A DNA stretch of 64,000 nt from contig JAJFVL010000052.1 of assembly GCA_021371855.1 (NCBI GenBank), positions 72,969 to 136,968 on the forward strand. Reading direction: 5' to 3'. Numbering within the stretch: the first letter of the stretch is position 1; each line of letters starts with the position of its first letter. Position numbers and translations under genes: made by a program. Under the pieces are notes generated by a model. It had not been told where the DNA came from, searched no databases, and worked only from the letters and a program-made list of their open reading frames with translations. The DNA is from Bacteroidales bacterium. GTDB lineage: Bacteria > Bacteroidota > Bacteroidia > Bacteroidales > VadinHA17. Below, one piece after another: positions 9,810 to 20,298 of this stretch.

Positions 9810-10065
9810 CGAAGGTAGAATTTAGGTTAATTCTAGGGTAAATGAGTATGTCGTTATTAGTAATTCCTCAATTCAAATACATAGATGAAAAATTTGCTCT
9901 TTAGGTTGCGTGAGTGTAACAATATAAATCAATTTCTTGCAATTATATTTGTATTATTCAGGTAATCAATTGTTTATAAAAATATTAAAATGTTGATAAT
10001 TGGGTATTTATGCGAATGCCCTTATTAAAAATAGTATTAATTTTGTACGCATATTTTTGTAAGCA

Positions 10066-11481
10066 ATGGAAGAAGACAAGTTTGGGTTTTCCTATGAGGA
10101 AGAAGTGAAGCATGCGGTACAGAAGTTCGAAAAAATGAAAAAAAATAATGAAAGTTATTTTTTTGATGTCATTGAATTTGAAACAATCATAGATTATTAC
10201 ATCGAAAGCAATAACTCATTAAAAGCTTTTGAAGCGGCAACTCTGGCCACCAATCAACATCCAAATTCAGTATCGATACAGTTAAGGAAAGCCAGGGTAT
10301 TACTCGATAAAGGTAAAGCTGTTGAAGCTCTCCGGATCCTTAAAATGCTTGAAAGCATTGAACCTGGTAACCATGAGATATACATTGCAAAAGGAACGGC
10401 TCTTGGAATGCTTGGAGATATACAGGGAGCAAAAAAGATGTTTGATTATTCTCTGACTCTCGATTCCGATGATGTTGAAAATATACTTTTTTCAATAACT
10501 TCGGTCTTGCAGAATCTAAATTATTATGAACATCTGATCCCTTACATGCTTAAACTTGTCGAAATGGAGCCTGAATTCAATGCTCACCTTTACGATCTTG
10601 CTTATGCATATGAAAAGATTGATGATTTTCAAAACAGTATCATCTTTTATCAGAAATATCTCGAAGAAGAACCTTTCTCCGATAGTGCATGGTATAATCT
10701 TGGAATAATATACAATAAACTGGAATTGTACGAAAAGGCAATGGAAGCATATGATTTCGCCCTTGCCATTAATTCTCAGAATACTTTTGCACTCTTCAAT
10801 AAAGGAAATATTTTAAGCAATCTTGAAAGGTATGCAGAAGCAATTCCTGTTTATCATGAATATCTTGAGAATGAGCCTGATAATTTTGAAGCAATGACTT
10901 ATCTCGCAGAATGTTATGAAAAAACTGATGAGGTTATTATTGCACGGAAGTATTATCAGGAAGCTATTGACCTGGCTCCTGATTTTGCTGACCCATGGCT
11001 CGGTCTTGGAGTTATTGCACTTAAAACCGGAAATTTAGATGAAAGTCTCATCTTTTTCAGAAAAGCTATTCGTCTCGATGATGAGAATCCGGAAATCTGG
11101 TATCTTTTGGGTAAAGCACATTATGCAAAAGGAGAGAAAAAATCAGCCCTGAGATGTTTCAGGGAAGCCCTTAAACTGGATGTGTATTATGATGAGGTAT
11201 GGTGCGATCTTGGAAGTATCATTATTGCTGAAGGATTTACAATGAAAGCTATTCCATACCTTGAACATGCTTATAAAATCACTGGTGATGTACCTGGCAT
11301 AAATTATCTTCTGGCTTCATTTTACCTGCATGCAGGGAATGATGAAAAAGCGTTCACACACCTTTCCCTTGCAATTAACATAGACAAAGATCTATTCAGT
11401 GACTTCGAAGATATTTTTCCACCAAAGCTGTTAACCAGAAAAATAAAGAAGCTTCTTAAAGAATTTAATGTGAATAATTGA
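10066..11481 (+). CDS. Tetratricopeptide (TPR) repeat protein
   Basis: 471 aa with many 34-aa TPR-like units (e.g. AWYNLGIIYNKLELYEKAMEAYDFALAINSQN). No signal peptide is evident. Confidence 0.85.
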   Translation: MEEDKFGFSYEEEVKHAVQKFEKMKKNNESYFFDVIEFETIIDYYIESNNSLKAFEAATLATNQHPNSVSIQLRKARVLLDKGKAVEALRILKMLESIEPGNHEIYIAKGTALGMLGDIQGAKKMFDYSLTLDSDDVENILFSITSVLQNLNYYEHLIPYMLKLVEMEPEFNAHLYDLAYAYEKIDDFQNSIIFYQKYLEEEPFSDSAWYNLGIIYNKLELYEKAMEAYDFALAINSQNTFALFNKGNILSNLERYAEAIPVYHEYLENEPDNFEAMTYLAECYEKTDEVIIARKYYQEAIDLAPDFADPWLGLGVIALKTGNLDESLIFFRKAIRLDDENPEIWYLLGKAHYAKGEKKSALRCFREALKLDVYYDEVWCDLGSIIIAEGFTMKAIPYLEHAYKITGDVPGINYLLASFYLHAGNDEKAFTHLSLAINIDKDLFSDFEDIFPPKLLTRKIKKLLKEFNVNN

Positions 11482-11517
11482 CTAACAACTAATTGATATT
11501 ATTAATTTTATTAAGTT

Positions 11518-12291
11518 ATGAAAATGGTACTTCCTTTTATGCCTGAAAGGCCCGCTAAACCAAGAAATTCCGGAATTACAATGGTTATGGACAAAGGCCT
11601 CGGCATAAGAGAAACTGAAGATTTTATGTCGGTTGGAAGTGAATATACCGACTATGTTAAACTTGGTTTTGGGACATCTCTGGTAACCCCCGGTTTTGAA
11701 AAGAAGATATCCATTTATAAAAAATCAGGTATTATTCCATATTTTGGAGGAACTCTCTTTGAAGCATTTATAGTACGAAATATGTTCAATGAGTACATTG
11801 AATTTCTTGATAAGAACGAGATCGAAATGGTTGAGGTATCAGACGGATCGTATGATATTGATCGTAATAAGAAACTTGATTATATCAGCAGGCTCGCTGA
11901 AAAGCATACTGTAATTTCTGAAGTCGGATCTAAGAAAAAAAATGTTGTCTATTCTCCTGATGAATGGGTAGCAATGATGAAGGCTGAACTTAATGCAGGT
12001 TCGGTTAAGGTAATTGCTGAAGCTCGCGAATCAGGTACAACAGGAATCTATAACGAGGACGGTTCAGTCAATAATACAATTATCGCTGCAATATCAGAGC
12101 ATGTCAAACTTGAAAATGTTATTTGGGAAGCTCCTCTTAAATCGCAGCAAGCCTGGTTCATTAAACATTTTGGGGCCAATGTCAACCTGGGAAATATAGC
12201 GCCCAATGAAATAATTGCACTTGAATCGTTACGGCTTGGTCTCAGGGGCGATACTTTCTTCCAGTTTTTGCCCGAAAGCCTGAAGCAATAA
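11518..12291 (+). CDS. Phosphosulfolactate synthase (ComA/YitD family)
   Basis: 257 aa. It is collinear with the ComA/YitD family as I remember it: KPR..GIT...DKG, DYVKLGFGTS, FGGTLFE, EVGSK, ARESGTTGIY, ALESLRLGLRGDTF. Confidence 0.85.
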   Translation: MKMVLPFMPERPAKPRNSGITMVMDKGLGIRETEDFMSVGSEYTDYVKLGFGTSLVTPGFEKKISIYKKSGIIPYFGGTLFEAFIVRNMFNEYIEFLDKNEIEMVEVSDGSYDIDRNKKLDYISRLAEKHTVISEVGSKKKNVVYSPDEWVAMMKAELNAGSVKVIAEARESGTTGIYNEDGSVNNTIIAAISEHVKLENVIWEAPLKSQQAWFIKHFGANVNLGNIAPNEIIALESLRLGLRGDTFFQFLPESLKQ

Positions 12292-12339
12292 AGCTTGTAA
12301 GTTAAATAGGGTATTTTTTATAAGGTTAATAACTGAGAT

Positions 12340-13101
12340 ATGAGAAAATTTGGCCTAATAGGATATCCTCTCGGGCATTCTTTCTCTAAAAAGTATTTTT
12401 CTCAAAAATTTCTTAACGAGCATATTACTGATTGCTGTTACGAAAACTATCCTTTGTCAAATCTTAACCAGTTTCCAAAACTCATTGAAGAGAACCCTGA
12501 ATTGTGTGGTCTTAATGTAACCATACCATATAAGTCGGAAATTTTCAGATTTTTGGATTTCATTGATCCTGAGGCCGATAAAATTGGTGCTGTTAATGTT
12601 TTAAAAATTAGGAGGCAGAAGGGGAAGATAAAGCTATACGGTTATAACAGCGATGTAACAGGTATAAAGGATACCCTGTTGCCATATATTAAACCAGATG
12701 TCAGGAGTGCAATGGTCCTTGGTACAGGAGGAGCTTCCAGAGCGGTATGCTATGTCCTTGATAAATTCGGATTGAAAATTACACAAATTTCCAGGAACAG
12801 GAAACCTGGAATTTTGTGTTATTCTGATATAAATTCCGGGTTAATTAACAGTACTGATCTGATAATAAATACTACACCGGTGGGAATGTTTCCTGATATT
12901 GAAGGCAAACCCAATCTCGATTACACTCTCCTTGATAGTAAACATATATTATTCGATCTGGTCTATAATCCGGAGCGCACCTCTTTTCTACGAAGCGGAG
13001 AGGAGAGGGGATGCACAATAATTACAGGGCTGAAAATGCTTCATTCCCAGGCAGAAAGATCATGGGAAATCTGGAATGATATTAATTTACAGGAATTTTA
13101 G
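12340..13101 (+). CDS. aroE: Shikimate dehydrogenase
   Basis: 253 aa with motifs GLIGYPLGHSFS, NVTIPYK and GTGGASRAV (NADP site). Confidence 0.9.
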   Translation: MRKFGLIGYPLGHSFSKKYFSQKFLNEHITDCCYENYPLSNLNQFPKLIEENPELCGLNVTIPYKSEIFRFLDFIDPEADKIGAVNVLKIRRQKGKIKLYGYNSDVTGIKDTLLPYIKPDVRSAMVLGTGGASRAVCYVLDKFGLKITQISRNRKPGILCYSDINSGLINSTDLIINTTPVGMFPDIEGKPNLDYTLLDSKHILFDLVYNPERTSFLRSGEERGCTIITGLKMLHSQAERSWEIWNDINLQEF

Positions 13102-13107
13102 TCAGCT

Positions 13108-15231
13108 TCAGATAGACGGGTTGCCTTCTGTCGGTACTACTTCAGATTCTGAAGGTATTGTGAAATAAAACGTTGAACCTCTTCCCTGTTCCGATTCAAC
13201 CCAGATCTCACCACCCATCATCTCAACAATCCTCTTTGCAATAGACAAACCAAGACCGGTGCCATCATTTTTTGGAGCTTGTACTTTGTTAATCTGTCTG
13301 AAAACGTCGAAAACAACGTCATGGTATTTTTTATCAATGCCTATACCGGTATCTTTTACATAGAACTCAAGATAGGTGGTTCCTGCTTTATAAACCTTGT
13401 TAAAGCCAAATTCAATATATCCCTCATTCGTAAACTTCAATGAGTTTTTCAGAAGGTTGATTAAAATTTGTTTTAATTTCCTTTTATCGGTCAGGATGAA
13501 AATCTCATTTTTTTCATGATCCGTTTTAAGAACTATTCCAATATCATTTTTTTTCTCTCTGATTTTATCACCATTGATGATATCCTTTACCTCATTTAAG
13601 ATTGAAATAATTCCGGCTTTTTCATAAACCATTTTCATTTGGCCTGTTTCAATCATTGAAATATCAAGAATATCCTCAACCAGATTCAGAAGATGATTGC
13701 CGCTTTGCAAGATGATTTTTGAATATGTATTGATTTCCTTATCTGTGTCGGCATCAGAAATAAGACTTGAAAATCCGATAATGGCATTAAGCGGGGTTCT
13801 GATTTCATGAGATATATTTGTAAGGAATGCTGATTTTAGTTTGTCGCTTTCTTCAGCCTTTTCTTTTGACAAAATGAGCTCCTGATGAACTTTTTTTCTT
13901 TGGGTAATATCATATGCTACCGAGAGAATACCGGGTTTGCCATCAGGTAAGTTGATCATGGTTTCATATAAGGAAATAGTACATGTTGTTCTGTCTTTTT
14001 TGATATTAGTTACCTCATGTTTCATCGTTTCTCCTGATAGAATTTTATCTATATTCTTTTCTATATCACCATCATTTAAAGGAGAAGCGAAGATTTTAAC
14101 ATTGCCGGATATTAACTCCCGTTTCGTATAGCCTAATGTTTCACAAAATGAAGAGTTTACTTCAATTATGGTACCTTTTTCATCTATAAGGATTATGCCT
14201 ACGGGAGATAATTCAAACATAATTCTGAACCGTTTTTCACTTTCGCGCAGAATATTTTCCAGAGCTTTTCTCTTTTTCTCTTCTTTCAGGATAGAACTGG
14301 CTTTTAAAGAATGAAGATAATAGGTGGTCATCAATATAATGACCAGAAGAAAAAGAATGAGCAAATGGTTCCTGAAGGCAGTAAGTGTCGCATATACTTC
14401 TTTCTCAGGTGTGAGAATTAATATGGTCCAGTATGTATTGGGAAGAGAAATCCTGTAGAAGGAAGAAAGTGTTTTTGACAATCCTTTTTTGTAACCGTCA
14501 TTTGGTGCCAAATAACATGTTGATGTCCCTTCAGTTAGATTTAATGCTTTATCAACCAGATTTAAAACCGAAGGTGATCCTGCGTACTGTTCCTTAAATG
14601 ATTTCCCTGCCTGACCATGTGGATTAAAGAGTTCAATCCCTTTCTCGCTTAACATAAATCCATACCCGGTTTTCAGTGTCTTGATATTTTCAATATACCT
14701 TTTTCCAAGCCTATCGATCGGTATTAAAACAGCAATACTGCCCTTGAATTCATTTCCTGACATTATCGGAATATGATAAGCGATTGTCCGGAATCCCTGA
14801 ACAGATGTGAATACATCACTTACAGTTGGAATATGAGTTTTAATAACAGTTCTTATGTGTTCCTGATTTGAAATATCATTTCCAACAACAGAGTCAATAG
14901 GCGGAAAAGTATATTTCAGGATTCCATTTTTATCGACCACGGTAATAGCTTCTATCTGATCGGTGTGATTTTTGTAAAATTCGGCCAGAAGATTTTCCCC
15001 CTGGTCATTTAAGTCCGAGACATAATTAAGCTTTGATAGAAACTGAAGTTCCCGCCGGTAATAAATGAAAAAACTTTCAATTCCCCTCGAGGCTTGTTTT
15101 GCCATGGCAAACTGCTGCAAATTGAATTCCTTTAAGGTTTTATCCTTGACCTCTTTATACGCCGAGTAAAAGAGGAATGAAAATATTGCCAGTATTATTG
15201 GTATAATAATGAAACTTCTGGGAATTTTCAT
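13108..15231 (-). CDS. Sensor histidine kinase (Cache-like periplasmic domain, PAS, HisKA, HATPase)
   Basis: 707 aa. Domain order: N-terminal TM helix, extracytoplasmic region, second TM helix, PAS region, H-box SHEIRTPLNAIIGF, then ATPase boxes (LINLLKNSLKFT, DTGIGI, GTGLGLSIAKR). No response regulator is adjacent. It is convergent with aroE across a gap of only 6 nt. Confidence 0.9.
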   Translation of the reverse strand: MKIPRSFIIIPIILAIFSFLFYSAYKEVKDKTLKEFNLQQFAMAKQASRGIESFFIYYRRELQFLSKLNYVSDLNDQGENLLAEFYKNHTDQIEAITVVDKNGILKYTFPPIDSVVGNDISNQEHIRTVIKTHIPTVSDVFTSVQGFRTIAYHIPIMSGNEFKGSIAVLIPIDRLGKRYIENIKTLKTGYGFMLSEKGIELFNPHGQAGKSFKEQYAGSPSVLNLVDKALNLTEGTSTCYLAPNDGYKKGLSKTLSSFYRISLPNTYWTILILTPEKEVYATLTAFRNHLLILFLLVIILMTTYYLHSLKASSILKEEKKRKALENILRESEKRFRIMFELSPVGIILIDEKGTIIEVNSSFCETLGYTKRELISGNVKIFASPLNDGDIEKNIDKILSGETMKHEVTNIKKDRTTCTISLYETMINLPDGKPGILSVAYDITQRKKVHQELILSKEKAEESDKLKSAFLTNISHEIRTPLNAIIGFSSLISDADTDKEINTYSKIILQSGNHLLNLVEDILDISMIETGQMKMVYEKAGIISILNEVKDIINGDKIREKKNDIGIVLKTDHEKNEIFILTDKRKLKQILINLLKNSLKFTNEGYIEFGFNKVYKAGTTYLEFYVKDTGIGIDKKYHDVVFDVFRQINKVQAPKNDGTGLGLSIAKRIVEMMGGEIWVESEQGRGSTFYFTIPSESEVVPTEGNPSI

Positions 15232-15590
15232 ATAGTGAATTAGCTGATTCTTTCGGTAAAATTAAGTAATAACAAAGATTGTAAAATAAATTTTATTGTA
15301 TATCATTTTTTATTAATTTCTGCAACCCTGGCAGATATCGACCGGCAATAACCTGTCTTAATACGGAAAAATCACATATAAAAGAACACTCCTGACTCAA
15401 ATTGTCAGCATGATTTTTACTTGTATTACTGAAGATCTGGAATGCTGCTGATTGATAAGTAAAAAAGAAAACTGTTAAGATTATTTAAAATTTTTCAATA
15501 TAACTTTTTTCATTTATTATTATCATTATAATAGTTACTTTTATAAGTTTTATTAGTGATAATGGAGATTCAGAATAAATACTATATAAT

Positions 15591-16163
15591 ATGAGTTCAG
15601 ATCCACATCAATATGTTATTTCAGGACTGGGTGGTGAGGTGTTTGAAAATACAGAAGTTAAAGTAAGCCACTGTTATCAGTGCGGAAAATGTTCTGCTGG
15701 TTGCCCTCTTTCAGAAGAGATGGACTATCCTCCCAGTATGATCATGAGAATGCTTCAGACAGGCAATCCTGAGCTTGAAGAGAAGGTTTTGCGTTCTTTT
15801 TCAATATGGGTCTGCCTTACCTGCGAAATGTGCTATGCACGATGCCCAATGAGTATTGATATCCCCAAAATGATGGATTTCCTGAGGGAAAAAGCGATAG
15901 AGGAGAAAAAAGCCAATCCCAAAGCAAAGCAAATTATCTCCTTTCATAAATCTTTTCTCGATTCTGTAAAGTACACCGGAAAAATGTATGAGATAGGGTT
16001 CTATGCTGATTATAAAACCCGGACGCTTAAGATACTGGATGATATGCTGCTTGTACCACCAATGATCAAACGTGGTAAACTGAGTATTATTCCTGAGTTG
16101 ATTAAAGACCGTTCAGGAATTGCCTCCATTTTTAGAAAAACTATTAAAAAAAATAAAACTTAA
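15591..16163 (+). CDS. hdrC: Heterodisulfide reductase subunit C-like (4Fe-4S dicluster)
   Basis: 190 aa with two ferredoxin-type motifs, CYQCGKCSAGCP and CLTCEMCYARCP. It is the first gene of a seven-gene co-directional block. Confidence 0.85.
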   Translation: MSSDPHQYVISGLGGEVFENTEVKVSHCYQCGKCSAGCPLSEEMDYPPSMIMRMLQTGNPELEEKVLRSFSIWVCLTCEMCYARCPMSIDIPKMMDFLREKAIEEKKANPKAKQIISFHKSFLDSVKYTGKMYEIGFYADYKTRTLKILDDMLLVPPMIKRGKLSIIPELIKDRSGIASIFRKTIKKNKT

Positions 16164-16167
16164 ATAT

Positions 16168-17010
16168 ATGACTCTCGGATTTTATCCAGGTTGTTCTCTT
16201 AAAGGATCATCACGTGAATATGCTGAGTCGGTCCTTGCTGTTGTAAAAGCTTTTAATATCCAGATTCAGGAAATTGATGACTGGAATTGTTGCGGGGCGA
16301 CAGCTGCCCACAGTCTTAACAAAGAATTATCGCTCGCATTACCGGCAAGAGTTCTCTCCCTCGCAGAAAAACAGGGATTAAAGGAGATAGTTGTCCCATG
16401 TGCAGCCTGTTATGCCCGGCTTTCAATGACTCAGCATGAATTATTGAAAAACCCTGAACTTAAAACAAGAATAGCTGAAATTAATAATCTGGAGTATAAT
16501 GGAACGGTATCCATCCTGAATGTTATACAGATGCTCGATAGGTATGTCACTCCAAACCTGGAGAGCCGTGTTGTAAAACCATTTGGACATAAAGTTGCCT
16601 GCTATTATGGTTGCTATTTAGTCAGACCGCATGAGATCCTGAATTTTGACCGTGTGGAAGAACCACTGTCAATGGATACACTGATGGCAAAAACCGGTGC
16701 AACCCCGATTGACTGGGCTTTTAAAACAGAATGTTGCGGGGCCAGCTTATCCATTTCAAGAACAAGCTCTGTCGGAAGACTTTCAGGAAAAATAGTTGGC
16801 GATGCCAGTGATCGTGGTGCGGAGGCAATAATAGTCGCTTGCCCGATGTGCCAGTCAAACCTCGATATGCGCAGAAAAGAAATTAATTCTTACCTGGGCA
16901 AAAGAATAGATATCCCTGTACTTTATATTACACAGGCTATTGGTCTGGCAATCGGACTTGATAGAAAAGCACTGGGCCTTCAACGTCATTTTGTAAAAGT
17001 AAAAGTTTGA
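16168..17010 (+). CDS. hdrB: Heterodisulfide reductase subunit B-like (two CCG domains)
   Basis: The track ORF starts at 16120, inside hdrC. The ATG at 16168 (MTLGFYPGCSLKG), 4 nt after the hdrC stop, is the likelier start. There are two cysteine-rich CCG-type regions (WNCCGATAA...CAACY; TECCGASLS...CPMCQSN). Confidence 0.85.
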   Translation: MTLGFYPGCSLKGSSREYAESVLAVVKAFNIQIQEIDDWNCCGATAAHSLNKELSLALPARVLSLAEKQGLKEIVVPCAACYARLSMTQHELLKNPELKTRIAEINNLEYNGTVSILNVIQMLDRYVTPNLESRVVKPFGHKVACYYGCYLVRPHEILNFDRVEEPLSMDTLMAKTGATPIDWAFKTECCGASLSISRTSSVGRLSGKIVGDASDRGAEAIIVACPMCQSNLDMRRKEINSYLGKRIDIPVLYITQAIGLAIGLDRKALGLQRHFVKVKV

Positions 17011-17039
17011 TAATTAATTAAGCATATTTCAGAAGTAGT

Positions 17040-19040
17040 ATGGCAAAAATAGGAGTATTTATCTGTCATTGCGGGGAAAATATAAGCGCCACAGTCGACT
17101 GTGCAAAAGTCGCTGAAGTAGTCGGCAAATATGACGGTGTCGCCATAAGCCTTGATTACAAATACATGTGTTCCGATCCCGGGCAGAATCTCATAAAAAA
17201 GGCTATTGTTGAGAAGGGTCTTACGGGCGTTGTGGTCGCTTCTTGCTCACCGAGGATGCATGAGCCTACTTTCAGAAAAGCATGCGCAGAAGCAGGGCTG
17301 AATCCCTATATGTGCGAAATGGCTAACCTTCGTGAGCATTGCTCATGGGTACACGAAAAGGGAGAAGCTACCACACAAAAGGCAATTGACCTTGTCAGGA
17401 CTATTGTGGAAAAAGTAAAGCATAACCAGTCGCTTGATGCTATCAAAGTTCCTGTAACAAAGACCGCCCTTGTGATCGGTGGTGGAATCGCCGGTATCCA
17501 GGCAAGCCTCGATATAGCAAACTCAGGACATAAAGTGATCCTTATTGAAAAGGACCCATCCATCGGAGGACATATGTCTCAACTCTCAGAAACATTTCCT
17601 ACTCTCGACTGCTCACAATGTATACTTACACCCAGAATGGTGGAAGTTGCCCAACATCCTAATATTACATTATATACTTATGCTGAACTTGAGAGCATCG
17701 ATGGATTTATCGGGAACTTTAAGGTCAAGATCCGTAAGAAAGCAAAAAGCATTGACGAAAAGATTTGCACCGGCTGTGGATTATGCACCACAAAGTGTCC
17801 TAATAAAAAAAATCCGAGTGAATTTAATGAAGGCTTAGGAAACAGGACGGCTATTTATGTCCCATTTCCTCAGGCAGTTCCTAATAAACCAGTGATCGAT
17901 AAAGCTCTTTGCACATATTATACAAAAGGCAAATGTAAAATCTGCGAAAAATTTTGTCCGGCACATGCCATCAGATTCGATCAGGAAGATGAGATTATCG
18001 AAGTACCGGTAGGAGCAATCGTGCTAGCTACAGGATTTGCAGTTAAAAAGACTGATTTCTTCCCTGAATACGGTTATGGCCGACATCCCGATATTATTAC
18101 CGGTCTGCAGTTTGAAAGACTGGCATCAGCCTCAGGACCGACATTAGGTGAAATACGCCGGCCTTCAGACGGGAAGATACCTGAGACAATTGTATTTGTC
18201 GCCTGTGCCGGTTCCCGCGACGAGGCAAAAGGGATCCCATATTGTTCGAAGATCTGCTGCATGTACACAGCTAAACATGCAATGCTCTACCAGCACAAGG
18301 TGCATGGCGGAAAGTCATATGTGTTCTATATGGACATCAGGGCAGGAGGTAAAATGTATGATGAATTCGTCAGACGAGCAATAGAAGAAGATGGTGTAAA
18401 TTATATTCGTGGAAGAGTTTCCAGAGTATATGAAAAGAATGGCAAACTTATTGTGAAAGGAGCAGATACTCTGCTTGGTGCAATGCCGGTGGAGATTGAA
18501 GCTGATATGGTTGTTCTTGCAACAGCCGGAGTTGCCAATGAGGGAGCTGAAGAACTTGCACAAAAACTTCATGTTTCATATGATCCTTATCATTTCTTTG
18601 CCGAAGCCCATCCTAAACTGAAACCGGTAGAAACAAACACTGCGGGTATATTTCTGGCAGGAGCATGCCAGGCACCCCGCGATATACCGGAATCCGTAGC
18701 TATGGCTTCGGGAGCAGCTGCTAAAGTTGCAGGTCTGTTCTCTCAGGATGAACTTACCCGTGAACCTCTTATCGCAGTTGTCAACCGACAGGCCCCACCT
18801 GTTTTCTCCTCATGTGTGGGTTGTTTCCTTTGTATGTCGGCGTGTCCTTATCATGCAATTGAAAAAGAAGAGATTAAAAACAGGCAGGGTGAAGTTCTTA
18901 AAACTGTAGCCAAAGTTAATCCCGGACTATGTCAGGGATGTGGTACATGCGTTGCTTTTTGCCGCACTAAATCTATTGATATACAAGGATATACTCATGA
19001 AGAGGTGTATTCTGAAGTTATGGCTTTATTAAATGATTAA
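17040..19040 (+). CDS. hdrA: Heterodisulfide reductase subunit A-like flavoprotein
   Basis: 666 aa. It has an N-terminal Cys cluster (FICHCGENI), the FAD fold VIGGGIAGIQAS, and several 4Fe-4S motifs (CTGCGLCTTKCP, CKICEKFCP, CVGCFLCMSACP, CQGCGTCVAFC). The ORF is uninterrupted, so there is no in-frame UGA. Confidence 0.9.
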   Translation: MAKIGVFICHCGENISATVDCAKVAEVVGKYDGVAISLDYKYMCSDPGQNLIKKAIVEKGLTGVVVASCSPRMHEPTFRKACAEAGLNPYMCEMANLREHCSWVHEKGEATTQKAIDLVRTIVEKVKHNQSLDAIKVPVTKTALVIGGGIAGIQASLDIANSGHKVILIEKDPSIGGHMSQLSETFPTLDCSQCILTPRMVEVAQHPNITLYTYAELESIDGFIGNFKVKIRKKAKSIDEKICTGCGLCTTKCPNKKNPSEFNEGLGNRTAIYVPFPQAVPNKPVIDKALCTYYTKGKCKICEKFCPAHAIRFDQEDEIIEVPVGAIVLATGFAVKKTDFFPEYGYGRHPDIITGLQFERLASASGPTLGEIRRPSDGKIPETIVFVACAGSRDEAKGIPYCSKICCMYTAKHAMLYQHKVHGGKSYVFYMDIRAGGKMYDEFVRRAIEEDGVNYIRGRVSRVYEKNGKLIVKGADTLLGAMPVEIEADMVVLATAGVANEGAEELAQKLHVSYDPYHFFAEAHPKLKPVETNTAGIFLAGACQAPRDIPESVAMASGAAAKVAGLFSQDELTREPLIAVVNRQAPPVFSSCVGCFLCMSACPYHAIEKEEIKNRQGEVLKTVAKVNPGLCQGCGTCVAFCRTKSIDIQGYTHEEVYSEVMALLND

Positions 19041-19052
19041 TATAAATTGTAA

Positions 19053-19502
19053 ATGGCTGAATTTGAACCAAAAATTGTGGCATTCGTCTGTAACTGGTGT
19101 ACATATGCCGGGGCTGACCTGACAGGTACAAGCCGTATCAAATATGCTTCAAATGTCAGGATTGTCAGGTTTCCCTGCACAGGACGAATAGACTATATGT
19201 TGTTACTTAAGGCCTTTGATGAAGGAGCCGATGGCATAATCGTTTCCGGATGTCATCCAAATGATTGTCATTACACTTCCGGTAACTTTCATGCAAGAAG
19301 AAGATGGATGGCTTTCCGCTCATTGTGCGATTTTATTGGTATCGATACAAGACGTATTAAATTTTCCTGGGTCTCTGCAGCAGAAGGAGCCAAATGGGCC
19401 GATATTGTGAATACAACGGTTGCTTCAGTCCGCGAACTGGGACCTTATGATGAATATAAAAAAGTTGCAAAAAAACCGGTGAAGGAGGAAAGTCATGGAT
19501 GA
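19053..19502 (+). CDS. MvhD/FlxD-like iron-sulfur protein (methyl-viologen-reducing hydrogenase delta subunit family)
   Basis: 149 aa with the family pattern FVCNWCTYAGADL...RFPCTGR...SGCHPNDCHY. It overlaps the next gene by 8 nt. Confidence 0.85.
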   Translation: MAEFEPKIVAFVCNWCTYAGADLTGTSRIKYASNVRIVRFPCTGRIDYMLLLKAFDEGADGIIVSGCHPNDCHYTSGNFHARRRWMAFRSLCDFIGIDTRRIKFSWVSAAEGAKWADIVNTTVASVRELGPYDEYKKVAKKPVKEESHG

Positions 19503-20295
19503 CCTTAGAAAACGAGCGAAAGAACTTATTGACACATCAGCTGTAAAGGTTGTAATTGGTTATGAACAGGGTACCGGCAATAAGACCCGTGCACTTTTTG
19601 TTGAAAATTCTGAAGTCGCAGATAAACTGATATTCGACAGTCGTTGTGTCCAGAACCTTGCTGCTTACGTTACAAAACAGGAAGTAAAGAGTAAAGGCAA
19701 GATGGCAATTACTGCCACATTACCGGTAATGAGAGCCATTATACAGCTTGCTTCAGAATTTCAGGTTAATGATGACAATCTGATTGTTATTGGTATTACA
19801 CCTGAAAGCAAAATAATTGATTTTAAGAATCTTGAAGAAGTGGAAACCTATGTTCATCAGTTTCAGATTGAGATTGATGCCCGCAACAGGGAGATACTGG
19901 ATAAGCTTGATAAAATGACCCCTTCTGAAAGATGGAAATTCTGGATTGATGAACTCTCTCCATGCTTTAAGTGTTATGCCTGTCGTGCTGCATGTCCGAT
20001 GTGCTACTGCAGCCGTTGCACTGTCGATTTTAACCGCCCGCAGTGGATACCAGTCTCATCCAATGAACTTGGAAATCTTGAATGGCATTTTATGAGGGCA
20101 ATGCATTTAACAGGAAGGTGTGTTGATTGCGATGCATGTGCAAACGCTTGCCCATTGGCGATTCCAATTAATTTGCTGACAAAAAAAATGATTGAAGATG
20201 CCAAATCTGATTTTGGTGGGTATCAACCTTCACTGAAGGGCGAGAACCTTTTGTCGACATTTAAACCTGATGATAAAGAAAACTTTATACAATAA
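19495..20295 (+). CDS. FlxC-like 4Fe-4S ferredoxin-domain protein
   Basis: 266 aa with C-terminal Cys motifs CFKCYACRAACPMCYC and CVDCDACANACP. AGGAGG (19483-19488) lies 6 nt upstream of the ATG. The assignment to FlxC rests on position and size analogy with flxABCD-hdrABC clusters. Confidence 0.65.
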   Translation: MDDLRKRAKELIDTSAVKVVIGYEQGTGNKTRALFVENSEVADKLIFDSRCVQNLAAYVTKQEVKSKGKMAITATLPVMRAIIQLASEFQVNDDNLIVIGITPESKIIDFKNLEEVETYVHQFQIEIDARNREILDKLDKMTPSERWKFWIDELSPCFKCYACRAACPMCYCSRCTVDFNRPQWIPVSSNELGNLEWHFMRAMHLTGRCVDCDACANACPLAIPINLLTKKMIEDAKSDFGGYQPSLKGENLLSTFKPDDKENFIQ

Positions 20296-20298
20296 ACG

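Noticed and set aside
16120-16167. A 16-codon N-terminal extension of hdrB overlaps hdrC in the ORF track.
   Set aside because: The extension merely rereads the Lys-rich hdrC tail in another frame from a non-ATG start. The ATG at 16168 gives the conserved MTLGFYPGC N-terminus.
17040-19040. I considered a selenocysteine (in-frame UGA) in hdrA, as occurs in some HdrA/MvhD proteins.
   Set aside because: The hdrA and mvhD-like ORFs are uninterrupted, full-length, and carry Cys at the expected cluster positions. No in-frame stop is present.
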